This document shows, one piece after another, positions 63,117 through 64,000 of a DNA stretch of 64,000 bases (its first letter is position 1; the number at the start of each line of letters is the position of its first letter). The DNA is from an uncultured Gemmatimonadales bacterium (GTDB taxonomy: Bacteria; Gemmatimonadota; Gemmatimonadetes; Gemmatimonadales; GWC2-71-9). A program made the translations under genes and the position numbers. Location of the stretch: the NCBI GenBank assembly GCA_963779755.1, contig CAVZZO010000003.1, forward strand, positions 832,001 through 896,000. The letters run 5' to 3'. The notes beneath the pieces are model-generated. The model worked only from the letters and a program-made list of their open reading frames with translations, made no database searches and had not been told where the DNA came from.

Positions 63117-64000
63117 ATGAACACGACTCCCGCCCTGCTCCTCCTGCTGCTGCCCGCGACGGCCGCCGCGCAGACGCCCTCACATGATGCCCGGGTGGAC
63201 AGCGTCGCGCAGGCAGTCCGGCCCGGGCGGCTCGAGGCCGATCTCCGCACCCTGACGGGATTCGGAACCCGAAATACCTTTTCGGACACCCTGTCGTCGC
63301 GCCGGGGGATCGGCGCAGCCCGCCGCTGGGTGAAAGCGACCTTCGATAGCATCTCCGCCGCCTGCGGCGCCTGCCTCCAGGTGCGGTACCAGTCCCGCCT
63401 GGTGCGGGCCGACAGCGGCAACCGCCTGCCCCGGGACGTGATGATCGTCAATGTGCTGGCCTCGCTGCGGGGCGGCACATCGCCGGACTCGCGGGTGCTG
63501 ATGACGGCGCATCTCGACTCGCGCGCCTCCAACGGACTGGACAGCATCAGCGACGCCCCCGGAGCCAACGATGACGGCAGCGGGGTTGCCGCGGTGCTGG
63601 AGGCGGCGCGAGTGCTGAGCGGCCGCCGCTTCGGCAAGACCATCGTCTTTGGAGTCCTCTCCGGCGAAGAGCAGGGGCTCTTCGGCGGCACCCAGCTGGC
63701 CCAGCTGGCGCAGGATTCGGGCTGGACCATCGAAGCGGTGCTGAACAACGACGTCGTGGGCAATCGCGCCGGGATGCTGGGCCGTCCCAACCGCGATACC
63801 GTGCGGGTCTTCTCCCAGGCACGGCCCGTCGCCGACGACGACCGCACCCGCGGGCGCCTGCGGTCCTATGGCGGCGAGGTGGACGGGCCCTCGCGGGAGC
63901 TGGCCCGATACGTGGCCCGGATCGCCGACTCCTATGTTCCCGGGTTCCACGCCCTGCTGATCTACCGGCTGGACCGCTTCGGGCGCGGCGGCGACCACCG
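63117..64000 (+). CDS. M28 family peptidase (3'-truncated by window)
   Basis: MNTTPALLLLLLPATAAAQ signal, FGTR, AHLDSR, PGANDDGSG, GEEQGLFG, LNNDVVG. Not in the ORF track because no stop falls in the window. Confidence 0.9.
   Translation, partial: MNTTPALLLLLLPATAAAQTPSHDARVDSVAQAVRPGRLEADLRTLTGFGTRNTFSDTLSSRRGIGAARRWVKATFDSISAACGACLQVRYQSRLVRADSGNRLPRDVMIVNVLASLRGGTSPDSRVLMTAHLDSRASNGLDSISDAPGANDDGSGVAAVLEAARVLSGRRFGKTIVFGVLSGEEQGLFGGTQLAQLAQDSGWTIEAVLNNDVVGNRAGMLGRPNRDTVRVFSQARPVADDDRTRGRLRSYGGEVDGPSRELARYVARIADSYVPGFHALLIYRLDRFGRGGDH

Overview
High-GC bacterial chromosomal window. Gene content suggests Gemmatimonadota, but that is an inference. Positions 1-5.5 kb are a lower-GC accessory block with two tandem cassettes. 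Each cassette has a small Cys-rich peptide gene (shared 6-Cys N-terminal core, unrelated Cys-rich C-terminal module) followed by a large exported GWxTD-domain-like protein; the second cassette is frameshifted. This peptide/GWxTD pairing is my best candidate for an undescribed system. The rest is mostly core genome: ligA, tldD/pmbA, acyl-CoA synthetase, M23 peptidase, a PTPS-II/folE/SDR pterin operon preceded by a probable 6S RNA with its own promoter and terminator, an archaeal-style nurA-herA-(HD)-sbcD-sbcC-GNAT repair cluster, aminotransferase, a degenerate DEAD-box/DbpA protein, HU, tdk, coaE with a C-terminal extension, gcvH-gcvP-lipoate ligase, a dpp/opp ABC transporter, an RCC1 lipoprotein and TonB-dependent receptor, a membrane protein/wHTH/uppS operon with two operator-like palindromes, a PAS-GGDEF-EAL protein, a DUF4402-type chaperone-usher-like pilus operon with a sigma54-type promoter, and a truncated M28 peptidase. 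Several short-repeat hairpin families lie in intergenic spaces. No tRNA, rRNA, CRISPR array or transposase was recognised. All calls were made by eye from motifs; no database search was run.
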